Below the pieces are notes generated by a model. It ran no database searches, was not told the DNA's origin, and saw nothing but the letters and a program-made list of their open reading frames with translations. Shown here one piece after another: positions 15,917 through 24,907 of a stretch of 52,359 bases of DNA. The number at the start of each line of letters is the position of its first letter. The first letter of the stretch is position 1. The position numbers and the translations under genes are program-made. The stretch is from the NCBI GenBank assembly GCA_023246725.1, contig JAHFHV010000002.1, positions 1 through 52,359 of the forward strand, given 5' to 3'. The stretch comes from Candidatus Magasanikiibacteriota bacterium (GTDB lineage: Bacteria; Patescibacteriota; Patescibacteriia; Magasanikbacterales; GWA2-37-8).

Positions 15917-18332
15917 CTAATTGAATAGGTTCGACTAGCGGGAGAGCGCCAGCGGGCGCGGGCCCGACCGGCCCAATTTCAACTGGCGGCGGCGCCAGCG
16001 CGTCGGTTTCGGCGCTCGTAGTCACCACCACCGCTTCAGTCTCGGTAATTGGCGATTCAACAATCTGTGGCCATAGCGCGCCTTCCGTGCCAGGCGCGGG
16101 CAAACTTAAGGGTATGTCGCAAGTCCCTGGCTGTTTCTGCCAATCGCCATGCACAATGCGCAGACAGTAAGCGTCGCCGGTCGCGGCGTCTTTTATTTCC
16201 AGATCATTAGTTTTCACTCGTTCAAACACGCCCACCAACGCGGTAATTTTTTGGACAAAAATTTCTTTCACAATTTTAAAGCCTTGGTTGATTTTATCCG
16301 TCAAATACTGAAGAGCGCCCGCCATTTTGTTAGCCAAAACATCGCCGAGCAAACCAGTCGTTGACGCGCTGATATAATCTTCCGTGGCTGTGGCACTCGC
16401 AATCCCTAAATTCTCCAGCCATTCATTCGCCTCAATTTGGTTGCCGGTAAAGTGGCTGTTTTTCACAAAAACTAAGGCTGAACCAACGTCCTCGCCAGCG
16501 TAGCCCGTAAGGGCTTGGCCAATAATCGGACCGGGCTTGGTCGCTTTCATGGCCACCCCCGGAATATCCGAACTGGTTAGAAAATCACCTGCCAAAATAG
16601 GGCCATTCGCCGCCGATACTCTAACCGGCACGCGCCCGGCCAAAGCGACCGGCAAGGCGTTTACGCCCTCTTTAGAAACACTGCCCACTAACAGCGCCGG
16701 TTTGGTGGCAATAACTCCAATCACCGAGCGGCCATAGGCGTGATCGGATTTTTTAACGCCAACGGCAAGGGCCTCGTCGGGCATTACTACATCGCCTGCT
16801 TGGAGTGAAGGATCGTTGGTCGCATAGAGTTCCGCCACATCCGCTCCCGTATCAATTACTAGCAAATCAAGCGATGACAGACGTACATTATGGCTTTGCG
16901 TAACAGCGCTGGCGCAAAAAGCGTACGTTTGCACAGCCGCTCCCGGATCAACATCCGTACCGCTCAATTGTATCGTCCCAACCAATGTGCCGTTAGCAAC
17001 AGTTACCAGAACTTTTGTTTCTCCGATAACTGTTCCCGTGCAGTTGGTCTTTCGAATCGCCAAAATTGCGCTGCCGTCAGTATTGCTGCCGCTGACAAGC
17101 AAGGTTTGGGCATTAATATAAACATCGCCTTGCGCCGTAGCTGGCGTGATGGTGAGCGTTAAGAGCGTGCTAGTCGCGGCCGTGCTTAAGGCTGTATTAG
17201 TATCATTGCCGGAATCAGTATGGGCTCGTTGCGAATCAGACCCGCGGATGCAGACCCCGTTTTGGGCAAGGCACCCGCCGGTAACATTAATGCCACCGGC
17301 GAAGGTGGAGGTATTAGCAGTGGACGTGGCCGTAATGTAATTAACCGTTGGCGAGGTAGACGCGGTCAGAGCGTTACCGCTTCCGGAGGAGGACAGCCAC
17401 CCTTGGCCAAATGAGCTGGCGCCAGTTCCGCCGCTATCCACGGTAAGAGCCGCGGCCAGCGTGAGAGCGCCGGCGCTGGAAAATGATGAGGTGGCAGTGG
17501 CGCCAAAATACGCCTTATTAAAAACCGATAATTGCGACGAAGAGGCAGTGGTGAGCGACACGAAGGCTGGCAACGAAAGCGTGAGAGCGCCGGTAGCGGC
17601 CGAAGCGGTAATTTGGTTGGCCGTCCCAGCCAACGCAGTAACCCCGGTGTTGGTAAACACGCCAGTTAGAGAATCGTAGGCAATACCCGCCCCAGCCGAA
17701 AGCGAGGATGACGAAATTTTGTTATTAAATAGGGCCCAATCTACTGCCGAGATAAACCCGCTGGCGCTGGATCCAGCCTGCGCCACTTGAATAGTAGCGC
17801 CGCCCCCCAAAACAGCATTACTACCGCCTGTAATCGTAAGAATTGCGGAACCAGTTTCGATTAGATTCCCGCGGGTTGTCGTGGCCAAAGCGCCGCCGCC
17901 ATTTCCGAGCAAGACGGTGCCGGATGCCAGATTTGACCACCCGGTGCCGCCATTAGCAATGCCCAAAACGCCGGTAACATCGGACGCTAAATTGATTAGA
18001 GCCGCGGACACAGCACCGGAAACAGCTTTGAGCAATCCAGATAAAGCCCCAAGACTAAAATTAGTGGCCGCCAAATTGGTTGACGTAACATTGGTACTAG
18101 TGAAATTGGTGGTGGCCAGGCTTAGGGAAGTGGTGGCCACGGTGCAGTTGGGGTCGGTTGGGGAACAAGCCGGATCAAGGGTTTCTCCCGGGTTATAAAT
18201 AATAGCGCGCGCTAAATTCCCTACGGGGGAAATAGCAATAAACAGCAGTAATAAAAAAACTGCCGTCGTTTGTACGATTTTTCTTGTGGCTTGTCCTTTT
18301 TTCATAGGCGCCTCGGTGGCTCCTTTTAACAT
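15885..18332 (-). CDS. large fibre-like secreted protein (tail-fibre-like Gly/Ala/Thr repeats, conserved C-terminal domain)
   Basis: An 815-aa ORF with an N-terminal anchor (AVFLLLLFIAI), motifs such as VTGVLGIANGGTGWSNL, and a C-terminal block ..AELYATNDPSLQAGDVVMPDE...SVIGVIATKPALLVG..ALAGRVPVRVSAANGPILAGDFLTSS... An alternative start is M10 at 18305. Confidence 0.7.
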   Translation of the reverse strand: MLKGATEAPMKKGQATRKIVQTTAVFLLLLFIAISPVGNLARAIIYNPGETLDPACSPTDPNCTVATTSLSLATTNFTSTNVTSTNLAATNFSLGALSGLLKAVSGAVSAALINLASDVTGVLGIANGGTGWSNLASGTVLLGNGGGALATTTRGNLIETGSAILTITGGSNAVLGGGATIQVAQAGSSASGFISAVDWALFNNKISSSSLSAGAGIAYDSLTGVFTNTGVTALAGTANQITASAATGALTLSLPAFVSLTTASSSQLSVFNKAYFGATATSSFSSAGALTLAAALTVDSGGTGASSFGQGWLSSSGSGNALTASTSPTVNYITATSTANTSTFAGGINVTGGCLAQNGVCIRGSDSQRAHTDSGNDTNTALSTAATSTLLTLTITPATAQGDVYINAQTLLVSGSNTDGSAILAIRKTNCTGTVIGETKVLVTVANGTLVGTIQLSGTDVDPGAAVQTYAFCASAVTQSHNVRLSSLDLLVIDTGADVAELYATNDPSLQAGDVVMPDEALAVGVKKSDHAYGRSVIGVIATKPALLVGSVSKEGVNALPVALAGRVPVRVSAANGPILAGDFLTSSDIPGVAMKATKPGPIIGQALTGYAGEDVGSALVFVKNSHFTGNQIEANEWLENLGIASATATEDYISASTTGLLGDVLANKMAGALQYLTDKINQGFKIVKEIFVQKITALVGVFERVKTNDLEIKDAATGDAYCLRIVHGDWQKQPGTCDIPLSLPAPGTEGALWPQIVESPITETEAVVVTTSAETDALAPPPVEIGPVGPAPAGALPLVEPIQLDAPNNVPRDQ

Positions 18333-18399
18333 CCCCCTAAACTAACTTAGTTAACCCTAATTAATAGTATACCACACTTCGCCCTTGCTTCATATTATC

Positions 18400-18430
18400 A
18401 AAAAAAGACCCCGGAAAGGAGTCTTTTTTT
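18400..18430. terminator. bidirectional Rho-independent terminator after secA
   Basis: AAAAAA-AGACCCC-ggaaa-GGAGTCT-TTTTTT; the stem has one mismatch. It starts 2 nt downstream of the secA stop codon (18432-18434). Confidence 0.65.
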
Positions 18431-18431
18431 A

Positions 18432-21400
18432 TTATCTGCCATGGCAGTGTTTGAACTTCTTGGAACGTCCGTCCGCGTGAGTGGCGCCGCAATAACAAGG
18501 GTCATTGCGACCAATATCTTCGCCGGTTGGCGTTTTTGGTTTAGAGCTGGAATAAACAATTTTCGCGCCTCCGTCCGGATCCGCCGCTCCGCTCTGGGCT
18601 AAGCCAAATGACCCGCCGATATTGCTATCGCTCGCACCTTGCAGAATTAAATTGCGCTGTTGCATCACGCTTGGCGCCAAATCTATTCCCAGGCTCACTT
18701 TATAGATAGAGTACACCACCTCTTTTTGAATCAAACTTAAAAGTTCATTAAACATCCGGTAAGTTTCTTTTTTATACTCCACCAGCGGGTCCCGCTGCCC
18801 GTAGCCGCGCAGGCCAATGCCAGTGCGGAGGTAATCAATCGCCACCAAATGCTCCACCCACAAATTATCAATGGAGCGGAGCAGAATTTGTTTTTCAATT
18901 TCTAGCATCATCTCGGTGTGGGGCACTTTTTTTACCAGCAGCTCATCATATTTTTCCTGCGCGAGACTCGCGAGATACTCAATAATGGTTGTGCGCGCTT
19001 CGACGTCTTTGAGTTTGGCTTCGCCATTCTTGCCAAATGATAGGAGCGTATTTTTTTCCGCTTCGGATAGTGGAAAGATGGTAGTCACCGTTTCAGCGAC
19101 TTCCTTCATGTCCCAGTCGTGAGCGTCTTCGGCATTGGTATGGAATGATACGACCTGCTCAATTTCTTCGTTAATCATCTCAAACACCATGGCGCGGAGC
19201 GAGACAAGCGAGCCCTCACCCTGCCCTCTCCATTGCGATGGAGAGGGTTCACGCCCCCCCTCCACCACAGTGGAGGGGGTGGGGGGAGGATTTACCGATG
19301 GTGACATCACGGCAAACCCCGCCTTCTCTCTCGCAAACGCCTCCCCGCCTACGCGCAACGCTTCGCGTTCGCTTCGGTGGGCAAGTAAAATATTCCGCCG
19401 TTTTTCATAAATCACCTGACGATGGCGATTGATCACGTCGTCATATTCCAGCAAATGTTTACGGGTGTCAAAGTGAAATCCTTCCACTTTCTTTTGGGCG
19501 GATTCAATCAGCCGTGTAATGGTCCGCTGTTCAATCGGCATGTCATCAGGGACCTTGAGTGTGTTCATAACGCTTTTAATGCGCTCGCCGGCAAAAATCC
19601 GCATTAAATCATCATCCGTGGACAAATAAAACTGCGTTTCTCCCTGGTCGCCCTGGCGCGCCGCGCGGCCGCGGAGCTGATTATCAATCCGGCGCGATTC
19701 ATGCCGCTCGGTACCGAGGACGAAAAGCCCCCCAGCCTCCCGAGCTTTCCGAGCCTCCCCAGCATCCGGTGGATTTCCCCCTAAAATAATATCCACGCCG
19801 CGGCCCGCCATGTTGGTGGCCAAGGTGACCGCGCCCAGCCGGCCCGCTTGCGCGATAATCTCGCCTTCGCGTTCGTGGTTTTTAGCGTTTAAAATCTCGT
19901 GCTTAATTCCCTCTTGTTCCAAATACAAACTTAACCGCTCGTTTTTTTCTACGCTAATCGTGCCGATTAAAACCGGCTGGCCTTTCTCTTGGAGCGCGCG
20001 CACTTCTGTGGCAATAGCTTTGTTTTTGGCGTCCTCGGTTTTGTAAATTCGGTCCGGCCGGTCAAACCGCTGGTTGTGTTTGTGGGTGGGAATTACCACC
20101 ACTTCTAATTTATAAATTTTGCCAAACTCTTCGGCTTCGGTTACGGCCGTACCGGTCATGCCCGCGAGCTTGCGGTACATCCTAAAATAATTTTGAAAAG
20201 TAATGGTAGCCATGGTTTGGCTCTCGCGCTGAATGGGCACGTTTTCTTTGGCCTCAATGGCCTGATGCAAACCTTCCGAATAACGCCTCCCCGGCATTTT
20301 GCGACCGGTAAATTCGTCAACGATGATAACTTCGCCCTGTTCAATCACGTAATCTCGGTCGCGCTTAAACAGCGCCTTGGCGCGCAAGGCCTGCTCCACG
20401 TGGTGCACCATTGCCATGCCGCCTTCGGCGTAAATATTCGCCACCCCAAGGAACCCTTCCATTTTTTTAATCCCAACATCAGTAAGCGTGGCCGCGCGCA
20501 TTTTTTCATCAATATTATAATCTTCATTTTCCAGCAAGCGTTCCACCAGCTCCGCGTATTTGTAATACATCTCGGTGGCTTTTTCGGCCGGCGCGGAAAT
20601 AATTAACGGCGTCCGAGCCTCGTCAATCAAAATTGAGTCAACTTCATCCACAATGGCGTAATTGAGTCCGCGCTGACTCATGTCCTTTAAATCCCCCACC
20701 ATGTTATCGCGCAAATAATCAAAACCAAATTCATTATTCGTGCCATAGACGATATCACACTGGTACGCGTCCTGACGGCCGCATTTTTCCAAATGGTCGT
20801 ACTCAACTTTAAACACCGCCGCTTTTTCTTCGTCGTCTTTTGCTGTATTTTCGTTTTTGTCATCCCGAGCGAGGCTCGCGTCGACGATGGATCTCTGTCC
20901 GCTGTCATTCCGACCGATCGTCTCAGGGAGCGGAGGAATCTCGCCAATTGACAAGCGAGATCCCTCGGCTGCGCTCGGGATGACAAGTGATTGAGACGGA
21001 GATTCTTCCGGAGCCTGCACTGAGTGTAGCGAACGTGTCGTCGGAATGATAGATTGTTGTGCCTGATATTTATACGACACCAGCAAGTTCTGAATAATCC
21101 CCACACTCAACCCAAGGTAGTCATAAATCTGCCCCATCCATACCGCGTCGCGCTTGGCCAAATAATCATTCACGGTTACCACGTGCACCCCTTTGCCAGT
21201 GAGGGCGTTTAAATACGCCGGCAAGGTGGCCACCAGCGTCTTGCCCTCACCAGTCCTCATTTCCGAAATCGTGCCACGGTGCAGGGCCACGCCGCCAATC
21301 AGCTGGACATCAAAATGGCGCATGCCGGTTACGCGTTTGGAAGCTTCGCGCACCACGGCAAAGGCTTCGGGAAGAATATCATCAAGCGTTTCGCCTGTCT

Positions 21401-21557
21401 CTAAACGGTTTTTGAATTCCGGAGTTTTAGCTTTCAAATCAACATCAGAAAGAGCTTGAAGGACCGGCTCAAACGAATTAATTTTTTCAAGCAGAGGCTG
21501 AATTTCGGCAATGACTTTGGCGTTCGGATCGCCGAATAATTTGGTTAAAAAAGACAT
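18432..21557 (-). CDS. secA: preprotein translocase ATPase SecA carrying two repeat-derived in-frame insertions
   Basis: SecA motifs are present: MRTGEGKTLVATLP, YGTNNEFGFDYLRDNM, LAGMTGTA, NMAGRGVDI, LRGRAARQGD and the C-terminal Zn finger CYCG..KFKHCHG. It is 1041 aa and reads through repeats at 20859-21049 and 19213-19289 without stops. Confidence 0.9.
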   Translation of the reverse strand: MSFLTKLFGDPNAKVIAEIQPLLEKINSFEPVLQALSDVDLKAKTPEFKNRLETGETLDDILPEAFAVVREASKRVTGMRHFDVQLIGGVALHRGTISEMRTGEGKTLVATLPAYLNALTGKGVHVVTVNDYLAKRDAVWMGQIYDYLGLSVGIIQNLLVSYKYQAQQSIIPTTRSLHSVQAPEESPSQSLVIPSAAEGSRLSIGEIPPLPETIGRNDSGQRSIVDASLARDDKNENTAKDDEEKAAVFKVEYDHLEKCGRQDAYQCDIVYGTNNEFGFDYLRDNMVGDLKDMSQRGLNYAIVDEVDSILIDEARTPLIISAPAEKATEMYYKYAELVERLLENEDYNIDEKMRAATLTDVGIKKMEGFLGVANIYAEGGMAMVHHVEQALRAKALFKRDRDYVIEQGEVIIVDEFTGRKMPGRRYSEGLHQAIEAKENVPIQRESQTMATITFQNYFRMYRKLAGMTGTAVTEAEEFGKIYKLEVVVIPTHKHNQRFDRPDRIYKTEDAKNKAIATEVRALQEKGQPVLIGTISVEKNERLSLYLEQEGIKHEILNAKNHEREGEIIAQAGRLGAVTLATNMAGRGVDIILGGNPPDAGEARKAREAGGLFVLGTERHESRRIDNQLRGRAARQGDQGETQFYLSTDDDLMRIFAGERIKSVMNTLKVPDDMPIEQRTITRLIESAQKKVEGFHFDTRKHLLEYDDVINRHRQVIYEKRRNILLAHRSEREALRVGGEAFAREKAGFAVMSPSVNPPPTPSTVVEGGREPSPSQWRGQGEGSLVSLRAMVFEMINEEIEQVVSFHTNAEDAHDWDMKEVAETVTTIFPLSEAEKNTLLSFGKNGEAKLKDVEARTTIIEYLASLAQEKYDELLVKKVPHTEMMLEIEKQILLRSIDNLWVEHLVAIDYLRTGIGLRGYGQRDPLVEYKKETYRMFNELLSLIQKEVVYSIYKVSLGIDLAPSVMQQRNLILQGASDSNIGGSFGLAQSGAADPDGGAKIVYSSSKPKTPTGEDIGRNDPCYCGATHADGRSKKFKHCHGR
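19213..19289. repeat. Family 2 GC-rich double-hairpin element, in frame within secA
   Basis: It contains CCCTCTCC-attgcgat-GGAGAGGG and CCCCCTCCAC-caca-GTGGAGGGGG, flanked by CCTCACCC/GGGTGGGG. It is translated as ..VNPPPTPSTVVEGGREPSPSQWRGQGEGS... Confidence 0.75.
20859..21049. repeat. Family 1 palindromic element, nested L-L-R-R copy, in frame within secA
   Basis: Arms in order: GTCATCCCGA..GGATCTC, GTCATTCCGA..GGAGGAATCTC, GAGATCCCTC..TCGGGATGAC, GGAGATTCTTCC..TCGGAATGA. It is translated as ..SLVIPSAAEGSRLSIGEIPPLPETIGRNDSGQRSIVDASLARDD... Confidence 0.85.
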
Positions 21558-21615
21558 AGCACAGATTACAAAGATTTATTGAGGATTACACGGATTGTGA
21601 CTAAATAATAAGCGC

Positions 21616-21644
21616 AGTATAGCATCAGAATAAAACTTTGTCTA
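21616..21644 (-). promoter_or_regulatory. sigma70-like promoter for secA
   Basis: The minus strand reads TAGACA-17 nt-TATACT (TGCTATACT extended -10), about 60 nt upstream of the secA ATG. Confidence 0.5.
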
Positions 21645-21732
21645 CCCTTGACTCCGCAGCCGCTTCTCTGTTATTTTATATAGTAAACAACCACGAGGTG
21701 GCCCATGAGTAAAGAGGGGACGATCTGATATA

Positions 21733-21774
21733 AAAAAATATCCCGCCCCGCAACTGCGGGGCGGGTTTTATTTT
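21733..21774. terminator. bidirectional Rho-independent terminator after vapC
   Basis: CCCGCCCCGC-aact-GCGGGGCGGG is a 10-bp GC stem flanked by an A-run and TTTTATTTT. The core CCCCGCAACTGCGGGG is identical to a segment inside repeat 290-465. Confidence 0.7.
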
Positions 21775-21788
21775 AAATATGACAGCAA

Positions 21789-22151
21789 CTATAAAATCTT
21801 TAATCCGTGAACCTTTTTAAATATTTTATCACTCGTTATTAAACGTCCGCCGTTTAATAGCGCAGTAGCGGCAATAACGGCATCCGGTGTTTTTAAATGA
21901 CAGTGACGGCGCACTTCAGCGGCTTTCTGGGCCACTTTTGAATCTACCGGCAAAATAAAAACCTCATTGAACCATAGAGTAAACCGCACAATCTCTTCCG
22001 GTGAAATATTGGGAAAACTTAATAGCTCAAGTTCGGTTATAGTTGAAATAACAAACTGTTCCCCATTTTGACGCTCAATTTCCACAAACTTACGGAGATT
22101 TTCATCGCCGTTAAAATAATAAATAACCGTGTTTGTGTCTAGGGTAATCAT
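21789..22151 (-). CDS. vapC: PIN-domain ribonuclease toxin VapC
   Basis: The product reads MITLDTNTVIYY...TELELL...PDAVIAATA..ITSD, giving the acidic PIN residues. The ATG at 22151 overlaps the upstream stop in an ATGA overlap. Confidence 0.8.
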   Translation of the reverse strand: MITLDTNTVIYYFNGDENLRKFVEIERQNGEQFVISTITELELLSFPNISPEEIVRFTLWFNEVFILPVDSKVAQKAAEVRRHCHLKTPDAVIAATALLNGGRLITSDKIFKKVHGLKIL

Positions 22152-22339
22152 ACCCACTCGCGCCGCATCTTTTTTTGGAAACGCAGTCCATCAATCTTTT
22201 TGTTTCGCCACATCCCTTGCACCGCCGCCCACCCATCCATTATCTGAAGACTGGCCAAGAGTTTAGACCTCACAGCTAAAACTTTCTTGGCTTCGGCAGG
22301 TGTTTGTTTTTTAATTGTTTTTGTTAAAACTAAATTCAT
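22148..22339 (-). CDS. putative VapB-type antitoxin (small protein coupled to vapC)
   Basis: A 63-aa ORF translationally coupled to vapC. I chose the ATG at 22339 over the TTG at 22360. I do not recognise a fold family. Confidence 0.5.
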   Translation of the reverse strand: MNLVLTKTIKKQTPAEAKKVLAVRSKLLASLQIMDGWAAVQGMWRNKKIDGLRFQKKMRREWV

Positions 22340-22375
22340 ATAAACTAAATAATTTTTCAACGCCTTTCATTATCT

Positions 22376-22403
22376 AGTATACCAAAACAATAATTTTTGT
22401 CAA
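22376..22403 (-). promoter_or_regulatory. sigma70-like promoter for the vapBC module
   Basis: The minus strand reads TTGACA-16 nt-TATACT with TGG immediately upstream (TGGTATACT). Confidence 0.55.
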
Positions 22404-22428
22404 GCCTTTTCCAGCCGTTTTCTAGGCG

Positions 22429-24381
22429 TCAATCTACTTTCACCGGCAGCACTTCCATTGCCAATCTAACATCGTTGCCCAGGCCGTAATAATAATGGGC
22501 GGGTTGGGAATTTTGCCGCAAAAAATGAAAAAGCCCTAACCGCAAACGGCGAATAAACGAAGTTTTATCAGTCGCGATAAGGCGCTCCACTCCAAGCTCA
22601 ATAATCCAATCGCGGTGGTTGTCGCTCGTGGGAATCGCTCGGTTGCGCTCAATTTCTTGCAAAATCGCTTCCACGTTCTGCTCTTCCATAAAACCAAAAT
22701 TAACCATTAAACTGGTTACGCTCCCCTGGCCGGGGGCGCATTTAAATTTCACAATGTCATAACGCTCACCGTGTTCGCCATGCGAATACGGGTGTGGCGA
22801 CACCGCCACGGTTAAAAAAATAATGTGTTTGGGAAGCACCTGATAGCGTTCCCAAAAAAATTGCATCACAGCCGTCACGCGGTCGGATGCTACCAAGGCC
22901 GACTTTGGATCCATAATAATCATGGTCCGGTCCACCATTGGGGCGGCTTTCTTTAACGCCAGGAGTTGCTTCACGGTCATACGCTCCAAACGACTAAAAG
23001 CTTCCGCGGTTTTGCGCCTTCCCCACTGCCACGTGGTCATAATAATAAACAGCCCGACGCCAAATGTGAGCGGAATAAATCCGCCTTCAAAAAATTTTAG
23101 ACTGTTAGAAAACAAAAATACCATATCTACCATGGCTAAAAACCCAAACAAAAGCCAGGTGGAAAAAGCGGACCAATGCCAGCGCTGTTTCGCCACAATC
23201 AGCATGCCAAGCGAGGTGGCTAGCATTACCCCGGATTCGGCCAAACCATAGGCTGAAGCCAAAGCGGTACTGCTCCTAAATACCAGCACCATGATGACGC
23301 AACCAACGTACAAACTCCAATTAATCAAGGGCACATAAATTTGGCCTTGGTGGCTCGCGTGCGTAAAGATAACTTTTAAACGCGGAAAAAAATTAAGGGC
23401 AATGCCTTGTTTCGCCAGCGAAAAGGCTCCGGAAATAAGCGCTTGCGAAGCAATCACGGTAGCCATGGTCGCGAGCGCGATAACCGGGTACAACCAAACC
23501 GTAGGCACCAAACTATAAAAAACATTTCCATTCACAATCGGCGCGCCGCTAATTAAATACGCTCCTTGGCCTAAATAAATTAAAAGGAGCGCCGGATAAA
23601 CCACAAAAAACCAACTTACTCGAATCGGTTTTATGCCAAAATGGCCTAAATCGGCGTAGAGCGCTTCGCCCCCGGTAAAAGCCAGCATCACAAATCCCAG
23701 CACATATAACGCCGGCTTAAAACCAATCCGGCCTAAAAAACTAGCCCCCCACCACGGGTTAAACGCGTTCAAAATAGCGGGATGAAAAATAATTTGCCGC
23801 GCTCCTAATATTGCAATGACAATAAACCACAAGGTAACAATGGGCCCAAAAACACTGCCGACTTTAGCCGTTCCCTTGTGCTGAAAAGCAAACAAAATGG
23901 TTAGAATAACAATGGTGATGGGAACAACTAAATGTTCAAAGGTTGGCGTGGCCACTTTAAGCCCCTCGACCGCCGACAAAACACTTATGGCCGGCGTAAT
24001 CAGTCCGTCGCCAAACAAAAATCCGGCCGCCAAAAGCAATACCCAGGTAATAATTCTAATCCCCAGACGCCCTTTGGCTTTAATTAACCCATAGAGCGCG
24101 AACACGCCGCCTTGTCCTTCATTATCGGCGCGCAGTACCAATAGGACATATTTTACCAAGACTACAGTGGTTAATCCCCAAATCACAAGCGAGATTCCGC
24201 CATAGATGTCGGCGACGCTAGCCGCTAAATTACCGTGTCCAAAAAATATTTCGTTTATAGTATACAATGGCGACGTGCCGATATCGCCAAACACAACTCC
24301 CAAAGCTCCCAGCGCCAAAAGCCCAAAACGGCCAAGCTGGTGGCCGGAACGATGCGTACTGTGAGATGACTGTAATGACAT
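22429..24381 (-). CDS. kup: KUP/HAK/KT-family potassium transporter
   Basis: It has the GDIGTSPLY signature and about 12 TM segments plus a C-terminal cytoplasmic domain. I trimmed the start to the ATG at 24381 (MSLQSS..). TGGTATACT lies 13 nt upstream. Confidence 0.9.
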   Translation of the reverse strand: MSLQSSHSTHRSGHQLGRFGLLALGALGVVFGDIGTSPLYTINEIFFGHGNLAASVADIYGGISLVIWGLTTVVLVKYVLLVLRADNEGQGGVFALYGLIKAKGRLGIRIITWVLLLAAGFLFGDGLITPAISVLSAVEGLKVATPTFEHLVVPITIVILTILFAFQHKGTAKVGSVFGPIVTLWFIVIAILGARQIIFHPAILNAFNPWWGASFLGRIGFKPALYVLGFVMLAFTGGEALYADLGHFGIKPIRVSWFFVVYPALLLIYLGQGAYLISGAPIVNGNVFYSLVPTVWLYPVIALATMATVIASQALISGAFSLAKQGIALNFFPRLKVIFTHASHQGQIYVPLINWSLYVGCVIMVLVFRSSTALASAYGLAESGVMLATSLGMLIVAKQRWHWSAFSTWLLFGFLAMVDMVFLFSNSLKFFEGGFIPLTFGVGLFIIMTTWQWGRRKTAEAFSRLERMTVKQLLALKKAAPMVDRTMIIMDPKSALVASDRVTAVMQFFWERYQVLPKHIIFLTVAVSPHPYSHGEHGERYDIVKFKCAPGQGSVTSLMVNFGFMEEQNVEAILQEIERNRAIPTSDNHRDWIIELGVERLIATDKTSFIRRLRLGLFHFLRQNSQPAHYYYGLGNDVRLAMEVLPVKVD

Positions 24382-24466
24382 AGTAATTATGCAAAGTATA
24401 CCACAATAAAAAATCCCCAACAAGTCCGTTGAGGAAATTACTGCCATCTTTTAATGCAAGGCTTAA

Positions 24467-24844
24467 TTATGTTTTCATGCCCAATTTTTCGTGCACCTTT
24501 TTTACCAAATCTTGCAGCATCCAATCGGACTTAACCAAATAATCACCCACATCTTGCTGCAGCGCCTCGGCCACTTTTTGGGAATCGCTTAAATTGGTTA
24601 AAATAATTATGGGCGTTGCTTTGCCCCAGGCATCTTGGCGGAGTTCATGGAGCACGCTCATGCCAGGCAGGCCCGGTAAAATTAAATCCAAGAGGAGCAA
24701 ATCCGGATGGTGGCTTTTGGCCATCGCCAGCCCTTCAATGCCGTCTTTGGCCTGGAGAATATTAAAACCTTCTTTCTCAAATTTTTGAGTCAGAATGCGC
24801 AACAAGGGCAGTTCGTCTTCAATAATCAAAATTGTTTGAGCCAT
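24467..24844 (-). CDS. receiver-only response regulator (CheY-like)
   Basis: The product reads ILIIEDELP...DLLLLDLILPGLPG...YLVKS. It has no output domain and lies directly downstream of the histidine kinase. Confidence 0.8.
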   Translation of the reverse strand: MAQTILIIEDELPLLRILTQKFEKEGFNILQAKDGIEGLAMAKSHHPDLLLLDLILPGLPGMSVLHELRQDAWGKATPIIILTNLSDSQKVAEALQQDVGDYLVKSDWMLQDLVKKVHEKLGMKT

Positions 24845-24907
24845 AGAATTTCTGCATAATAAATATTACCAACTCTAGCACGGATCGCGTTTCGCGTCAA
24901 CCTTGGG

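Noticed and set aside
19213-21049. Intein or self-splicing intron explanation for the secA insertions
   Set aside because: There are no intein block motifs (no Cys/Ser/Thr at +1 with a terminal His-Asn and no endonuclease motifs). The inserts match dispersed repeat families found in intergenic DNA. RNA-level removal cannot be formally excluded from sequence alone.
20687-21106. 139-aa ORF on the minus strand inside secA
   Set aside because: It is out of frame with the clearly conserved SecA reading frame and is caused by the stop-free repeat insert.
21648-21775. Possible orphan small RNA or riboswitch (TTGACT, hairpin CCAC-gag-GTGG, mini-ORF MSKEGTI, A-rich tract, terminator) between secA and vapBC
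   Set aside because: The -10 at the proper spacing is weak (TTATTT). The A-rich tract does not fit a preQ1-type fold because no 3' partner exists for AGAGG. There is no downstream plus-strand gene. The terminator is fully explained as the vapC terminator.
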